Below the pieces are notes generated by a model, which had not been told where the DNA came from, did no database searches, and was given only the letters and a program-made list of their open reading frames with translations. From Gemmatimonadota bacterium (GTDB taxonomy: Bacteria; Gemmatimonadota; Gemmatimonadetes; Gemmatimonadales; GWC2-71-9), in NCBI GenBank assembly GCA_036679645.1, contig JAZDCY010000056.1, forward strand, positions 1 through 64,000: a stretch of 64,000 bases of DNA. Direction: 5' to 3'. The first letter of the stretch is position 1. Each line of letters begins with the position of its first letter. Both the position numbers and the translations under genes were made by a program. Positions 61,833 to 64,000 of the stretch are shown in pieces.

Positions 61833-63077
61833 ATGGCGAGCGACAAGCATCTCCGCTGCTCTTTTTGCGGCAAGTCCAAAGACTCCGTCCGAAAGTTCAT
61901 TTCGGGCCCGTCGGTCTATATCTGCAACGAGTGCATCGCGCTCTGTAACGAGATTCTCGCCGAAGACGAAGAACGGGAGGTCGCCGAAGCAATCACGCAG
62001 GTCCCGACCCCTGCCGAGGTCAAGGACGTTCTAGACCAGTACGTGATCGGGCAGGATCGGGCCAAGCGGACGTTGTCCGTTTCGGTCTACACCCACTCCA
62101 AGCGCATCAACTCGCAATCGCTGCGCGACGACGACGTCGAACTCGAGAAGTCGAACATCTTGCTGCTCGGCCCGACCGGTGTGGGAAAGACGCTGCTCGC
62201 GCAGACGCTGGCGCGGCTCTTGGACGTGCCGTTCACTATCGCCGATGCCACGACGCTGACAGAGGCGGGCTATGTCGGGGAGGATGTCGAGAACATTCTC
62301 GTGCGGCTCTTGCAGGCGGGCGACTTCAATGTCACCGAGTGCGAACACGGTATTGTCTATATCGACGAACTCGACAAGGTAGCGCGAAAGAGCGAGAACC
62401 CGAGCATCACACGAGACGTCTCGGGAGAGGGCGTTCAGCAGGCCCTGCTCAAGATCCTCGAGGGTACGGTCGCGTCGGTGCCGCCACAGGGGGGCCGCAA
62501 GCATCCGCAGCAGGAGTACATCCAAATCAACACGCGGGACATCCTGTTCATATGTGGCGGGGCGTTCGACGGGCTAGACAAGATCATCGAGGCCCGCACC
62601 GGACGTCGGCAGATCGGGTTCTCGAAGGAAGAAGTCGAGACCGGTAAGGCCCAGGCGCTGCAGCAGAACCCCTATCTCGACGTCGAGCCCGACGATCTCC
62701 TCCGCTACGGCCTCATACCCGAGCTGGTCGGCCGGCTTCCCGTCATCTGTTCGCTCGATTCGCTCGACGAGGATTCGCTCGTGCGCATCCTTGTCGAGCC
62801 CAAGAATGCGCTCACCAAGCAGTATCACAAACTGTTCGAACTCGAGAACGTCGGCCTCACGTTCGAGCCCGACGCGCTGCGCGCCGTCGCCGCTCGGGCC
62901 ATCAAGCGCGGTACGGGCGCTCGGGGCCTGCGCGCCATTCTCGAGGACATGATGACGGACATCATGTTCGACCTACCCGACCGTACTGACGTACGGGAGG
63001 TGGTGATCACGCGCGAATGTGTCACCGAGGGTCGTACGCCGCTCCTCGTGACGGAACCGCACAAGAAGGAAGCCTGA
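61833..63077 (+). CDS. clpX: Clp protease ATP-binding subunit
   Basis: CSFCGK zinc finger, [25 protein letters not shown] and IGF loops. Confidence 0.98.
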   Translation: MASDKHLRCSFCGKSKDSVRKFISGPSVYICNECIALCNEILAEDEEREVAEAITQVPTPAEVKDVLDQYVIGQDRAKRTLSVSVYTHSKRINSQSLRDDDVELEKSNILLLGPTGVGKTLLAQTLARLLDVPFTIADATTLTEAGYVGEDVENILVRLLQAGDFNVTECEHGIVYIDELDKVARKSENPSITRDVSGEGVQQALLKILEGTVASVPPQGGRKHPQQEYIQINTRDILFICGGAFDGLDKIIEARTGRRQIGFSKEEVETGKAQALQQNPYLDVEPDDLLRYGLIPELVGRLPVICSLDSLDEDSLVRILVEPKNALTKQYHKLFELENVGLTFEPDALRAVAARAIKRGTGARGLRAILEDMMTDIMFDLPDRTDVREVVITRECVTEGRTPLLVTEPHKKEA

Positions 63078-63676
63078 CACCCGTCACGTTCGTCGGAAGC
63101 TACCCCACTGCCGACTTCCGCCTCGCCCCTCCAATGCCGGAGCTTGCCATTGTCGGCCGATCCAACGTCGGGAAGTCGTCGCTGCTAAACGCGCTCGTCG
63201 GTCGCAGGGCCCTCGCGCGGACCAGCCAGACGCCGGGCAAGACGCAGATGTGCACCGTCTACGACGTGGGCGACGGCTCGTATCTCGTGGACCTGCCCGG
63301 GTACGGCTACGCCCAGGCATCTCGCGAGGCGCGCGCAGGGTTCCGCACGTTGCTGAACAGTTATCTCACGACGCGGGAGCCCCTGGCCGGAGTCATGTGG
63401 CTCCTCGATATGCGGCGCGACCCGTCGACGCAGGACCTTGCGATGGGCGACCTGCTTGCGACTCGCGGCGTGCCGGTCCTGGTCGTGCTCACGAAATCCG
63501 ACAAGGTCCCCCGCGCGGGCCGGCGCGACCGGACCGATGCCATTGCGGATCAGGTCGGCGTCCCCGGAGATCAATGCGTGGTGACCTCGGCCCACCGGAA
63601 AGAGGGAATTGACGCGCTACGAGCGTCGGTGGCGGACCTGCTGTCCCGGGCCGACACTTTGCCGGGGACGCGATGA
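63074..63676 (+). CDS. engB: Ribosome biogenesis GTPase EngB/YihA (start uncertain, possibly CTG)
   Basis: [24 protein letters not shown]. Confidence 0.92.
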   Translation: MTPVTFVGSYPTADFRLAPPMPELAIVGRSNVGKSSLLNALVGRRALARTSQTPGKTQMCTVYDVGDGSYLVDLPGYGYAQASREARAGFRTLLNSYLTTREPLAGVMWLLDMRRDPSTQDLAMGDLLATRGVPVLVVLTKSDKVPRAGRRDRTDAIADQVGVPGDQCVVTSAHRKEGIDALRASVADLLSRADTLPGTR

Positions 63677-64000
63677 ACAAGGCCCCAGACGCCGTGCTTG
63701 TGATGCTCCTGACCGCCATGCCGCTCACCGCCGCCGCGCAGGACTCCACGCGTGCCCTCGCCGAGGACATCCCGCCGGCGGGGTACGGGACGCTGCATCG
63801 GGAAGACATCGATCTGCGCCTTCAGGTGGGTGACATTCAGGTCACGATGCTCCCGTTGGACGAACGCGTGATCCGTCTGCTCTCCCAGGACTCGTACAGC
63901 GCGCTCGCCAGCCTCAAGAGGTTCAAGGCAGATACGATTGCCAAGGCGGCCCGGATGTACGGCGTCCGCCAGCCCACCCTGTTCGTTGTGACGTTTTTTG
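63673..64000 (+). CDS. Secreted hypothetical protein, partial
   Basis: ATGA overlap with the engB stop; [23 protein letters not shown] signal peptide; open to the window end. Confidence 0.7.
   Translation, partial: MNKAPDAVLVMLLTAMPLTAAAQDSTRALAEDIPPAGYGTLHREDIDLRLQVGDIQVTMLPLDERVIRLLSQDSYSALASLKRFKADTIAKAARMYGVRQPTLFVVTFF

Noticed and set aside
62080..62110. ClpX YTHSKR in place of the usual YNHYKR
   Set aside because: Two point differences that cannot be told from consensus error or drift without reads

Overview
High-GC bacterial chromosome segment, probably Gemmatimonadota (inferred from the kinase N-terminus signature and the ECF/HEAT and DUF4097 operons). Most of it is core or housekeeping DNA: two ECF sigma/anti-sigma operons, pilD, thiD, a polyphosphate module (SixA, CHAD-CYTH, Ppx), a nucleotide scavenging operon, a PhoB/PhoR-like pair, dnaK-degP, a cytochrome c oxidase operon, greA, ABC and MATE transporters, tRNA-Leu(TAG) and tig-clpP-clpX-engB. 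The standout is an integrase-less island of about 3.9 kb (54504-58426). It is bounded by a duplicated 5' half of tRNA-Leu and by 23-bp arm-like repeats. It carries a coupled two-gene operon: a nuclease-less protein resembling the N-terminal part of long Mrr-type proteins, and a DUF4041/GIY-YIG (SNIPE-like) nuclease with no transmembrane anchor. This is a candidate two-component anti-phage system. Also notable are a compact sigma54 circuit (HD-GYP, enhancer-binding protein, lipoprotein, TPR) with shared upstream motifs, a sigma54-type dnaK promoter, a ubiquitin-like domain fused to adenosine deaminase, a HicAB/BRCT islet and several gene lesions. All calls come from reading motifs by eye; no searches were run.
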